Source: Acidobacteriota bacterium (GTDB taxonomy: Bacteria > Acidobacteriota > CAIWXX01). Taken from it: a DNA stretch of 64,000 nucleotides. Positions 17,347-26,650 of this stretch are shown here, piece after piece; the stretch's first letter is position 1; every line of letters begins with the position of its first letter. The stretch is from positions 320,001-384,000 of the forward strand of contig JBFMAF010000010.1 of NCBI GenBank assembly GCA_040755995.1. The letters run 5' to 3'. The notes below the pieces were generated by a model. It did not search any database. It saw only the letters and a program-made list of their open reading frames with translations, and was not told where the DNA came from. The translations under genes and the position numbers were made by a program.

Positions 17347-18858
17347 ATGCAGGTAGCATTCGGCCGGGGAACCTCCAAGACCAGCGGCAGGATATACACC
17401 GTCAGCGAGATCAACGAGGCAGCCCGCGCCACCATCGAAACCGCCTTCCCGCGCGTTCGCGTCGAAGGCGAAATCAGCGGATACAAACACTATCCCTCCA
17501 ATCATCGCTACTTCAGCCTCAAGGACGACAGAGCACAGCTCCGGTGCGCGCTCTTCGCGGGCCGCGCCCGTTATCTCTCGATCAAGCTCGCCGACGGCGT
17601 GCGCGTCATCTGCACAGGAACTCTCTCCATCTATACCCGCGACGGGCAGTTCCAGCTCATCGTGGAGTCAGTCGAACTGGGCGGCCTGGGCGTGCTGTGG
17701 CAGCGGCTGGAGGAGCTCAAGAAGAAGCTCCAGGAGGAAGGGCTTTTCGATCCGGCGCGAAAGCGCCCGCTGCCGCGCCTCCCGCAGCGCGTCGGTGTCG
17801 TGACCAGCCCCGAAGGCCAGGCGATCCATGACATCCTGAAGATACTCCGGAAGAGAGCGCCGCAGATCGCGGTGCGAATCTACCCGGTGAGAGTGCAAGG
17901 TGAAGGCGCCGCTGCGGAGATCGCCGAGGGAATAAGGTGGATGGGAGCCAGCGGCGGCTGCGACGTCCTCATCGCGGGCCGCGGTGGAGGGTCGATCGAG
18001 GACCTGTGGGCGTTCAACGAGGAGGTCGTGGCACGCGCTATCGCCGCCTGCCCGGTCCCGGTCATCTCCGCGGTGGGCCACGAGAAGGACGTGCTCCTCT
18101 CGGACCTCGTCGCCGACGCGCGCGCCCCCACCCCATCCGGCGCCGCCGAGATGCTCGCGCGGTCGAAGGAAGAGTTCGAAGAGCGCATCGCTCACCTGCG
18201 GCAGCAGCTCCTGAACCGGCTCGGTCAGGCGATCGCGACCAGGCGCGAGCGGCTCTTCAGACTGAAGGAACGCCCGGGCTTCCGCCGTCTCGCCGGAGAG
18301 ATCAACCAGCTGCTGCAGCGCGTCGAGAGCCTGCGGAACCGCATGGAGAGAAGCCTGCATGAGCGGCTCCAGCGCAATCTGAACCGGTTCGCCACACTCC
18401 GCCTGTCGCTCCAGCGCGGCAGTCCCGCGGCGATTCTGGAGCGCAGGGTGGAGAAGGTCCGATCGCTGTCCACTCTCCTGCCGATGCTCTGGAACAGCTC
18501 GCTGGATGCGCGCCGTCGGCGCGCCGAATCGCTCCGCAACCTGCTTCAGGCCAGACTGCCGCTCCGTTCGATCGCCCAGCACAGAGTGCGCGTCGCCAAC
18601 TGCGCCGGCCGGATTGGCATCCAGACGCAAACCACGCTCGACCGCCGCCGCTCCAGAATTGCGAGCGCCGAATCCCTGCTGAACGCCCTCGGCCCTTTCA
18701 AGGTCCTCGAACGCGGCTACAGCATCTGCTTCAAGGAGGGCGGGAACATCGTGATCAAGGACGCGTCGAGCGTCAAGAAGTACGAGAACATCACCGTCCG
18801 GCTGCACCGCGGCCGAATCGATGCGGTGGTCAAGAGCCGGGAGACTGAGGCTCCGTAA
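17347..18858 (+). CDS. xseA: Exodeoxyribonuclease VII large subunit
   Basis: VEGEISG..HRYFSLKD, GVVTSPEGQAIHD, GRGGGSIEDLWAFNEE, SAVGHEKD, APTPSGAAE, VLERGYS. Confidence 0.97.
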   Translation: MQVAFGRGTSKTSGRIYTVSEINEAARATIETAFPRVRVEGEISGYKHYPSNHRYFSLKDDRAQLRCALFAGRARYLSIKLADGVRVICTGTLSIYTRDGQFQLIVESVELGGLGVLWQRLEELKKKLQEEGLFDPARKRPLPRLPQRVGVVTSPEGQAIHDILKILRKRAPQIAVRIYPVRVQGEGAAAEIAEGIRWMGASGGCDVLIAGRGGGSIEDLWAFNEEVVARAIAACPVPVISAVGHEKDVLLSDLVADARAPTPSGAAEMLARSKEEFEERIAHLRQQLLNRLGQAIATRRERLFRLKERPGFRRLAGEINQLLQRVESLRNRMERSLHERLQRNLNRFATLRLSLQRGSPAAILERRVEKVRSLSTLLPMLWNSSLDARRRRAESLRNLLQARLPLRSIAQHRVRVANCAGRIGIQTQTTLDRRRSRIASAESLLNALGPFKVLERGYSICFKEGGNIVIKDASSVKKYENITVRLHRGRIDAVVKSRETEAP

Positions 18859-18882
18859 CAGACCCGCCGCCAAAGGAGGAAC

Positions 18883-19197
18883 ATGGAGAAGGAGATGACG
18901 TTCGAAGAGGCGCTCGTCCAGCTCGAGACGGTCGTCAAGAAACTGGAAAAACCTGATCTGCCTCTCGAAGAGAGCATCAAGCTCTTCGAGGAAGGGATGC
19001 GACTCAGCAGGCTCTGCAACACCAAGCTGGATCAGGCCCAGCAGCGCGTCGAGCTGCTCCAGAAGCAGGCGTCAGGCGAGATCAAACCGACCCCGTTCGA
19101 GGCGAAGAGCGTAAAGGAACCGGCGCCGCTCGTGGATGCCGAGCAGGCGACCCTGGATGACTACCTGGCGGACAGCGACGAGGAGACACCGCTTTGA
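18883..19197 (+). CDS. xseB: Exodeoxyribonuclease VII small subunit
   Basis: TFEEALVQLETVVKKLE..LEESIKLFEEG; follows xseA. Confidence 0.95.
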   Translation: MEKEMTFEEALVQLETVVKKLEKPDLPLEESIKLFEEGMRLSRLCNTKLDQAQQRVELLQKQASGEIKPTPFEAKSVKEPAPLVDAEQATLDDYLADSDEETPL

Positions 19198-20090
19198 CGA
19201 AGGATCTGGACAACTACCTCTCGAGGCATCGCGCGCGGATCGAGACGGCGCTGAACGCCGCAGTCAGGCGGTGTGCCGGCGACGGCGGCGTCTCGGAAGC
19301 GATGCGCTACAGCCTGCTCGGCGGCGGCAAGCGGCTTCGCCCGATCCTCTGCCTGGCGGCCGCCGAGACGCTCGGTGCCCCAACCGGCGGCCTCCTGCGC
19401 TTCGCCTGCGGCATCGAGTGCATCCACAGCTACTCGCTCATCCACGACGACCTGCCCGCCATGGACGACGACGACCTGCGACGCGGCCGGCCGACCTGCC
19501 ACAAGGCCTTCGGCGAAGCGCTGGCCATTCTGGCCGGCGACGGCCTGCTGACGCTCGCCTTCGAACTCATGAGCGGCCCGGACGGCCGCCACGCGACACC
19601 CGCACTGCGGGCCCGCTATGCCCTGGCCCTCCGCGAGGTCGCCCACGCAGCCGGATACCGCGGGATGGTGAAGGGGCAGTCGATGGATATCTACTACAAT
19701 CGTCGTAAGGTTGACCGGGGCGTGCTGCGCGAGTTGCACCTGGCGAAGACGGCCGCGCTCATCGAGGCCTCGGTCGTCTCCGGCGCGATCCTCGCGGGCG
19801 CTTCGCCCCGCGATGCCGCGGCGCTCCGGCGATACGGGCGCTCCGTCGGCCTCGCCTTCCAGATCGTCGACGACCTGATCGACGTCGCGGGCGACGAGAA
19901 GCTCGCCGGCAAGCGCCTCCGCAAGGACGCCGACAAGGCGACCTATCCGGGCCTGTACGGTGTGGAAGGAGCTCGGCGTCTGGCGGCTCGCGAGACGGCC
20001 ACTGCGCTTCGCGCCCTGCAGACGATGCGGGCGCGGGAGACAGGTGTGCTGGCGGCGCTGGCCGAGCGCGCGCTCGCGCGACACGCCTGA
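19194..20090 (+). CDS. ispA: Farnesyl/geranylgeranyl diphosphate synthase
   Basis: GGKRLRP, SLIHDDLPAMDDDDLRRGRPT, FQIVDD, KATYP. Confidence 0.95.
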   Translation: MTKDLDNYLSRHRARIETALNAAVRRCAGDGGVSEAMRYSLLGGGKRLRPILCLAAAETLGAPTGGLLRFACGIECIHSYSLIHDDLPAMDDDDLRRGRPTCHKAFGEALAILAGDGLLTLAFELMSGPDGRHATPALRARYALALREVAHAAGYRGMVKGQSMDIYYNRRKVDRGVLRELHLAKTAALIEASVVSGAILAGASPRDAAALRRYGRSVGLAFQIVDDLIDVAGDEKLAGKRLRKDADKATYPGLYGVEGARRLAARETATALRALQTMRARETGVLAALAERALARHA

Positions 20091-20256
20091 CGGGGAGAAC
20101 CGGAGAAACGGGGAAGCGGGGAAACGGAGAAGCAGAGAACCGGAGAAGCGGAGAAACGGGGAAAAGCAGAACCGGGCACGGCGAGAAGCGGAGAAACGGC
20201 GAGCCGGCGAGGAGACGGGGATGCGGAGATGCGGAGACGCGGAGATGGGACACGGG
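20090..20256 (+). repeat. Purine-rich 8-bp tandem-repeat tract (AAACGGAG/AAGCGGAG, then GAGACGCG-type), about 20 degenerate units
   Basis: aaccggag aaacgggg aagcgggg aaacggag aagcagag aaccggag aagcggag .. gagatgcg gagacgcg. Confidence 0.85.
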
Positions 20257-20303
20257 CGTCTTCCCAGAGGGCGTTTCGGAATGGGACTGAAGACGAGAGG
20301 ATA

Positions 20304-21161
20304 GTGGCCGCGACCTCCGCCCGCGCGCGCCTGGATGATCTCGTCGTGGCCCGCGGGCTCGCCGCCACACGCGCGCGTGCCCGCGCCATGATCATGGCGG
20401 GCGATGTGTCAGTCGATGGGCAGCCGGCCGCCAAGCCCGGCCAACTCTGCCGTCCGGACTGCGATGTGGCGCTGCGGACTCCGGATCACCCGTACGTCGG
20501 GCGGGGTGGGTTGAAGCTTGCGGGTGCGTTGGATCGTTTCGGGACAGAGGTGGCGGGGCTCGTTTGCGGCGACATCGGGGCGTCCACCGGCGGCTTCGTG
20601 GACTGCCTGCTGAAGCGGGGCGCATCGCGGGTGTTCGCAGTGGACACCGGAAACGTGCTGGACGACCGGGTGCGCAACGACCCCCGCGTCGTGTATCTGA
20701 AGAACACCAACGCGCGCTACCTAAAACCCGAGCACGTCGGGTGCCCCCTGGACCTCATCACGGTCGACGTCTCGTTCATCTCCGTAAGGAAGATCATTCC
20801 CGCCCTGATGGGGTTGTTGGCCCGCGATGGAAAGATGCTGGTGCTCGTGAAGCCTCAGTTCGAGATGGACCGGGCCTGGCGGGTGCGCGGATCGCGCGAT
20901 CGGAAGGGGATCGTCCGGGAACCGGAGACGCATCGCCGGGTGTTGACCGAGATATTCAGGTTCATGGAGGAATCGGGTTTGCGAATCGAGGGGCTCTGTG
21001 ACAGCCCCATTCTTGGGGCTCGCGGGAATCGCGAGTTCTTCCTACTCGCATCGAGATCCGGGACCGCAACGCCCCTCGCGAATCTCAGTGACCTGATCGA
21101 TCGCCTGCTGCGCTCGCCCGACCCGACTGCCATGCAGGAAGGGCGGCAGTATCGGCGTTGA
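20304..21161 (+). CDS. tlyA: TlyA family rRNA methyltransferase
   Basis: RLDDLVVARGL S4 domain, YVGRGGLKL, DIGASTGGF, DVSFIS, LVKPQFE, SPILGARGNREF; GTG start after GAGAGG. Confidence 0.93.
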   Translation: MAATSARARLDDLVVARGLAATRARARAMIMAGDVSVDGQPAAKPGQLCRPDCDVALRTPDHPYVGRGGLKLAGALDRFGTEVAGLVCGDIGASTGGFVDCLLKRGASRVFAVDTGNVLDDRVRNDPRVVYLKNTNARYLKPEHVGCPLDLITVDVSFISVRKIIPALMGLLARDGKMLVLVKPQFEMDRAWRVRGSRDRKGIVREPETHRRVLTEIFRFMEESGLRIEGLCDSPILGARGNREFFLLASRSGTATPLANLSDLIDRLLRSPDPTAMQEGRQYRR

Positions 21162-22017
21162 GCTGTCGCAACAGGTCGCTGTCTACCTCGTCCGCGCGCA
21201 TCGGCACGATCACGACATATCCCTGCCGGTCCAAGGCGGCGTCGGTGTCAGGTTGAAGCGGGTCGCTTGACCGGGGTCGCCCGGGTTTCCACGCCTCCTG
21301 TCCCGATGTGGAATCCTCGGCAGGGCTCCGGTCGAAGCTGAGACCCACCGGCAGGCCCGCGCGCCTGGCCACCCGCACGCCCCTGATCTCGGTCGGAGGT
21401 ATCGTTGGCACGCTGACGGTGAGGTACTGCGCCGGGCCCAGGCTGCGGACAATCTTGCTTCGGGCAAGCCGCACGGTAAAGTCCGCGACGGCCTCCAGGC
21501 TCCCCGGTATCTTCTCATTGAGCCCCGAAACGGCGATTGAGGGCACACCGGCCAGAGCGGCCACCCGCGCCGCCCCCACCGTTCCCGAGAGCACCCAATC
21601 GAAGCCCATGTTGGATCCGTCGTTGATGCCCGAGACGACCAGATCAGGCGGACGGTCTTTCAGGAAGCCCTTGAGAGCCAGCAGCACGCAGTCGGCCGGG
21701 TAGCCGTCCACACTCCACGCACGGATTCCATCTCCAATCGAACGCTGCTGGACTTTGATCGTAGTCCTGCCGAGCACCGAGAAGATAGTAGAGCTTCCGC
21801 TGCGGTTGTCCACGGGGGCTACGACCGTCGTCTCGGCAACCTTCGCGAACCCACGCGCCAGCGCATGGAGTCTCGGATTGTCGATCCCGTCGTCGTTGGT
21901 GATCAGCACTCTGGCGGGCCAGGGCGCGAGCGTGTTCTGCTCGATGCCCGCCTGCGCGAGCGCCAGCACCGGGACCAGCATCGAGACTATCATCAGACCG
22001 ATCGTCGTCGTTCTCAT
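21085..22017 (-). CDS. surE: SurE 5'/3'-nucleotidase with an N-terminal signal peptide
   Basis: LITNDDG, VVAPVDNRSG, GYPADCV, SGINDGSN, SGTVGAA. Confidence 0.9.
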   Translation of the reverse strand: MRTTTIGLMIVSMLVPVLALAQAGIEQNTLAPWPARVLITNDDGIDNPRLHALARGFAKVAETTVVAPVDNRSGSSTIFSVLGRTTIKVQQRSIGDGIRAWSVDGYPADCVLLALKGFLKDRPPDLVVSGINDGSNMGFDWVLSGTVGAARVAALAGVPSIAVSGLNEKIPGSLEAVADFTVRLARSKIVRSLGPAQYLTVSVPTIPPTEIRGVRVARRAGLPVGLSFDRSPAEDSTSGQEAWKPGRPRSSDPLQPDTDAALDRQGYVVIVPMRADEVDSDLLRQLNADTAALPAWQSGRASAAGDRSGH

Positions 22018-22151
22018 CACTCCTCCCATCCTGCTCTCGCCACGAACCGAAGGAATCCTGCCACGTGGCGCGCTCCCCTATGTGAAACGTGCACGGATCG
22101 CCGTTCGAGCCGACTGGTCATCGCACCTTGGCGCGCTGTAGTTGGGCTTTG

Positions 22152-24083
22152 TCAGCCCGCGCCGCCCGGCACCACGAGGAGCGGCACGGAGATCCTGTGG
22201 CGCAGCTTGTCGACTGTAGTCCCGTGGACGAAGTCGCCCACGCCCCGGTGACCGTGGCTGCCGAGCACGATGAGATCCGGCTTGTGACCCGCGACCAGCT
22301 GCGCCAGCTGCTCGGCGGGCGCGCCGTAGCCGAGATCGTATGTGGATTCAACGCCGAGCTCCCCCAGCTCCGCGCAGTACAGCTCCAGCCGCTCCTTGTC
22401 CGCCTGCGACTCGCGGTCCTGCATCTCTTCGCCCATCACCCGGGCGCCTCCCGATTCGACCACATGAAACAACACCACTGTCACGCCCCGCCCGGTCCCG
22501 CGCGCCATCGCAACGGCGTGCGAGAGCACAGCCCCGTCGGCCGTCGAGAAATCGACGGCCGCTGCGATGTAGCGGAGTGCGCGAGGCGGAGTGACTGCCG
22601 GGACGCCCGCCGGCCCGTGCACGCCGGGTATCACGGGCGCTTCCTGGCCCCGCAGCCGCTGGATCACAGGAACAGCCGTGACGTAACCCAACAGAGCCAC
22701 AAGTCCCATGGCCAACGGCACAGCTGTCAACCAGATCACCAATCGACTGCCGCCGGCGGCACCTGCGATCCACGCGCTGACCTCCTCGTATGCCAGTCTC
22801 AAGTTGAGGAATGCGATGATGGCTGCGGCGATCCAGGCCGCTACCTGTACCAGTGGGCCGACGGTATGGCGCCCCATCCACCGCTTGTCCGAGGTGAGGT
22901 GGATCAGCGGGATCACGGCGAACGATAACTGCAGTGACAGCACGACCTGGGAGAGCACGAGCAGACTCCCGGTGGAATGCTCGCCGAAGCCGATGATCGC
23001 CACGAGCGCGGGGATGATCGCAATGGCACGGGTGACCAGCCGTCGCACGATTGGGCGCAGGCGCAGCTGCACGAAGCCTTCCATGACGATCTGCCCGGCG
23101 AGCGTCCCCGTGATCGTCGAGGACTGCCCCGAGGCAATCAGTGCGACGGCAAATGCAATCGGCGCCAGGTGAACCCCGACGATCGGTTCGAGCAGGTGGT
23201 ACGCATCCTGGATGTCCGCCACCTCGTGGAAGCCGGCACGGTAGAACGTGGCCGCCGCCATGACCAGCAGCGCAGAGTTCACGAAGAATGCGCCGTTGAG
23301 CGCGATCACGGAGTCGATCAGGTTGAAGCGCAGGCTGGAGCGAATGCCGGCGGGGGTGCGAAGGATGCGGCGCGACTGAACCAGCGCGGAGTGCAGGTAG
23401 AGGTTGTGCGGCATGACCGTCGCGCCGAGAATGCCCGTTGCGAGATATAGGGCCCCTTCGCCGGGCAGCGAGGGCGCGAAGCCCGTCACGATTTGCCCCC
23501 AGTCCGGCTTCGATAAGAGGATCTCGATGCCGAGGCAGGCGCCGATCGTTGTGACCAGCACGACGATGAACGCCTCCATCGTACGCATGCCGCGGTGGTG
23601 CAGGAGAAGCAGCATGAACGTGTCGAGCGCCGTGATGATGACGCCGATGACCAGCGGGATTCCGAACAGAAGGTGAATGCCGATCGCCGACCCGAGCACC
23701 TCGGCCAGGTCGCATGCCGCAATCGCAACCTCGGCAAGAATCCACAGGGCCGCCGAGGCGCGGCGGCCGAACATGGCGCGGCACGCCTGCGCCAGGTCCA
23801 TGCCGGCGACGATGCCGAGCCGCGCCGAGAGGCTCTGCAGCAACACCGCCATGAGATTCGACATGAGGAGCACCCACAGGAGCCCCGCGCCAAACTTGGA
23901 TCCTGCTGCGATGTCGGTCGCCCAGTTGCCCGGGTCCATGTAGCCGACGCTCACCAGGTACGCAGGCCCTGCGAATGCGAACAGTCGCCTCCAGAACGCC
24001 GGCTGCCGCGGAACCTCGACCGAGCCGTGCACCTCGGACAGGGACTGACTCCGAGCCTCGTCGCGCTTGCTTGGCTCTGCCAT
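22152..24083 (-). CDS. mntH: Nramp family divalent metal transporter fused to a C-terminal universal stress protein domain
   Basis: YMDPGNWATD, GATVMPHNLYLHS; C-terminal AAVDFS..LIVLGSHGHRGVGDFVHGTT. Confidence 0.93.
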   Translation of the reverse strand: MAEPSKRDEARSQSLSEVHGSVEVPRQPAFWRRLFAFAGPAYLVSVGYMDPGNWATDIAAGSKFGAGLLWVLLMSNLMAVLLQSLSARLGIVAGMDLAQACRAMFGRRASAALWILAEVAIAACDLAEVLGSAIGIHLLFGIPLVIGVIITALDTFMLLLLHHRGMRTMEAFIVVLVTTIGACLGIEILLSKPDWGQIVTGFAPSLPGEGALYLATGILGATVMPHNLYLHSALVQSRRILRTPAGIRSSLRFNLIDSVIALNGAFFVNSALLVMAAATFYRAGFHEVADIQDAYHLLEPIVGVHLAPIAFAVALIASGQSSTITGTLAGQIVMEGFVQLRLRPIVRRLVTRAIAIIPALVAIIGFGEHSTGSLLVLSQVVLSLQLSFAVIPLIHLTSDKRWMGRHTVGPLVQVAAWIAAAIIAFLNLRLAYEEVSAWIAGAAGGSRLVIWLTAVPLAMGLVALLGYVTAVPVIQRLRGQEAPVIPGVHGPAGVPAVTPPRALRYIAAAVDFSTADGAVLSHAVAMARGTGRGVTVVLFHVVESGGARVMGEEMQDRESQADKERLELYCAELGELGVESTYDLGYGAPAEQLAQLVAGHKPDLIVLGSHGHRGVGDFVHGTTVDKLRHRISVPLLVVPGGAG

Positions 24084-24123
24084 AGCGCCAGAGCATCCTC
24101 TACGGCCGCGGCCGTGTCAAGTG

Positions 24124-24202
24124 AGCAGTTGTCGACAGTTGTCGGCCGGCGTCAGGGATCAGCGAGCGCCGTCCGTATCCGTCGCCGGTTGTCAACTGAC
24201 GG
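24124..24202. repeat. CAGTTGT-type short repeats in inverted arrangement
   Basis: agcagttgtcgacagttgtcgg .. ggttgtcaactgacgg; same family as 53858..53948. Confidence 0.5.
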
Positions 24203-25369
24203 CTCCGATGCCGCCGCTTGAGGCGTTGCAGGACGGCGCCGGCACTCGAAGGCCGGGAGGACGTAGACCTCCATCATGCGGCACAGCTCCCTATAGTAGG
24301 GAGTCGGCGTCGAAGCCTCTTCCCACCGCGACGCGAGCACGACCACGAGCCTCAGTTCCGGCACGACGAAGATAAACTGGCCGCCGTGACCCCATGCGGC
24401 CACGACGTCGTGCTGGGAGAGGCGGAAGAGCCACCACATGTAGCCCAGGCCGTTGAGATGAAACGGCGACCATAGACGTCCCGGATCGTACTGCAGAGAC
24501 AGGGCGGCATCGACCCACTCGCTGCCCAGCACCTGCCGCCCGCCGTACCGTCCTTTCTGCAAGAAGAGGAGGCCAAATCTGGCCATGTCGATCGGCCTGA
24601 GATAGAGGTTGTTACCACCGTGCGGAATGCCCTGTGGATCCCTCTGCCATTCTCGGACCGTGATCCCAAGAGGGTCGAAGAGGGTCCGGCGTGCGAAGTC
24701 AAAGGTGTTGCTCCCCGTGGCCCGTGTGATGGCGATCGAAACCAGGTGCATGTTGCCAGTGCTGTACTCGAAGACGCTGCCCGGCGGATGAAGCAGCCTC
24801 TTTCGCAGGACAAAGCCCGCCCAGTCAGGGCTGTCCTGCATCTGGTCGTTCCCGCCGGGACTGGCACACTCAAGGCCGGCGGTCATTGTGATCAGATGAC
24901 GGAGTGTGATCGAGGCTTTCCTGTCGTCGGCATCGCCGGGCAATTCGGGAGCGAAGAAGCGCCCGACGGTCTCGTCGATGCCGCGAACATGCCCCTCGCG
25001 GACGGCTGTGCCGAGGACGGCCGCCGTCACGGTCTTGGTGACCGACTTGACGTTGACTTCCCGGTCACGATCGAACCCGTTGAAGTACTTCTCGAACAGG
25101 AGGTGATTATCCCTGACGACCAGAAGCGCGTGGAGCCTGCCCAGGCGCGCACCCAGCTCGCCGGCCCCGGCCATCAAGTCCGAGTCATATTCGGAGGAGG
25201 AAGAACGGATGCCCTCATCGAGGATCAGGACGTCCGCCTTCTCTGTTGTCTGGGCGCGAGAAGGGACCTCCGGCACGCCCGTCCCTGTCGAGCAGCAAGA
25301 GCAGAGCAGCGCAACCAACGGGCTGACCCCGAGTAACGTCGGCCCTGTTCTCTTCATCATTCCTGCCAT
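24152..25369 (-). CDS. Serine hydrolase, beta-lactamase/class C-like family, probable lipoprotein
   Basis: SVTK (SxxK), LITMTAG, FEYST, WGHGGQFIFVVPEL; GGAGG SD; LLCSCC possible lipobox. Confidence 0.88.
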   Translation of the reverse strand: MAGMMKRTGPTLLGVSPLVALLCSCCSTGTGVPEVPSRAQTTEKADVLILDEGIRSSSSEYDSDLMAGAGELGARLGRLHALLVVRDNHLLFEKYFNGFDRDREVNVKSVTKTVTAAVLGTAVREGHVRGIDETVGRFFAPELPGDADDRKASITLRHLITMTAGLECASPGGNDQMQDSPDWAGFVLRKRLLHPPGSVFEYSTGNMHLVSIAITRATGSNTFDFARRTLFDPLGITVREWQRDPQGIPHGGNNLYLRPIDMARFGLLFLQKGRYGGRQVLGSEWVDAALSLQYDPGRLWSPFHLNGLGYMWWLFRLSQHDVVAAWGHGGQFIFVVPELRLVVVLASRWEEASTPTPYYRELCRMMEVYVLPAFECRRRPATPQAAASEPSVDNRRRIRTALADP

Positions 25370-25401
25370 TGCGCCTCCGTCAGCGCCGATCTCGACCATG
25401 G

Positions 25402-25935
25402 TCACTTCTGCTCGAACAGCCCCTTGTAGTATCGCCACACATAGGACTCCGGGATCTTGTCGACGGGGTATGATCCATGCATCTGAACGTGTACCCACTT
25501 GCCGTCCCGCTTCTCCAGCACGCCGGTCTGGAACACGTTTTCGATGCAGTACGGCTGGCCCTTGTACTCGCCGCAGTCATCCAGGAAGCACGAGTACCAC
25601 GCCACGTCTCCCGAACGAGAGAACGTGATTCGAAGATCCTTGAACTCGAAACGAGTCGCCTTGAACTCCGGATCCTTCCACTGCTCGGCATGCTTCCGGA
25701 AGGCCGTGATGCCGACGACCTCGCTGTCCGACGTGAGCCAGAAGTGGAACAAGTTCTCGTCGTTCGCCATTATGCTGAACAGGCGGTCGAAATCCTTGTT
25801 CAATGCCCAGCCGATGGAATCCTCGATGGTCTTCTTGACCGTTTCGTAGTCGGGCGAGACCGATTCCTCGGCTCGAAGGACGGACGACGGCAAGGACAGT
25901 AACATGAGCATGAAAGCCATGACCAGATCCTTCAT
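25402..25935 (-). CDS. Secreted NTF2/SnoaL-like protein
   Basis: Signal peptide; SRSGDVAWY..TGVLEKRDGKWVHVQMHGS. Confidence 0.85.
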   Translation of the reverse strand: MKDLVMAFMLMLLSLPSSVLRAEESVSPDYETVKKTIEDSIGWALNKDFDRLFSIMANDENLFHFWLTSDSEVVGITAFRKHAEQWKDPEFKATRFEFKDLRITFSRSGDVAWYSCFLDDCGEYKGQPYCIENVFQTGVLEKRDGKWVHVQMHGSYPVDKIPESYVWRYYKGLFEQK

Positions 25936-26164
25936 CACTGCACCCTCCAAGCACAAGAGATCCTGAACACCAGCAAAGGAGCGCCCCGGACATTTCCCGC
26001 CCAGCTAGCTCAACTCTACTCTAACGCGCCGTCGTGCATCAAAGCCCGCATCTGCTTCGACGCGGGCGCGGCGCCCGGTCTCTGACACAGATGCGACACC
26101 GATCCGCCTGCGTGCTCGCGCAGTCGCAGCCAGAGCCGGCACGCGGGCGCAGCGTGTCTGTCTG

Positions 26165-26650
26165 TCAACCGAGAGCTGACAATTCTCTCGAGAAGATCAC
26201 CTTGTCGTCGCCCGGCCTGTAGAAGTCTCGAATCCGAGCGATCTCACGATATCCGTTTCTTTCGTAGAAAGCCCGCGTGCCGAGGTAGCCGCCCGTCGAG
26301 GATGTCTCGATCATGACCTTGCGCGCGCGCCGTCCGGCGAGCGATTCCTCCATGAACGTCAGGAGCGCCTTGCCGATTCCCTGTCCCTGCACCTCCTGCG
26401 AAACGGCGATCCAGTACAGGTCATACACACCTTGCGTGAGCGGCACAGGACCGTAGCAGATGTATCCCGCGATCCGTGCCGGCGGATCTTCTGCTATGTA
26501 GATCTCGTAATCGGTCTGCTCCGGCTTGCCGTTCGCGATGTCGATGAGCTCCAGAGCCACCGACACTTCCTGCTCGCTGAATACCCCCGTTCCCCGGAGA
26601 ATCCGCTCGATCGGGTCTCTATCCGACGGCCGCAGCTTCCTGATACTCAT
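26165..26650 (-). CDS. GNAT family N-acetyltransferase
   Basis: LYWIAV..QGQGIGKAL, TRAFYERNGY, RIRDFY. Confidence 0.92.
   Translation of the reverse strand: MSIRKLRPSDRDPIERILRGTGVFSEQEVSVALELIDIANGKPEQTDYEIYIAEDPPARIAGYICYGPVPLTQGVYDLYWIAVSQEVQGQGIGKALLTFMEESLAGRRARKVMIETSSTGGYLGTRAFYERNGYREIARIRDFYRPGDDKVIFSRELSALG

Noticed and set aside
26015..26160. Integron attC site (CTCTAAC)
   Set aside because: No matching GTTRRRY end or internal palindrome, and no integrase.
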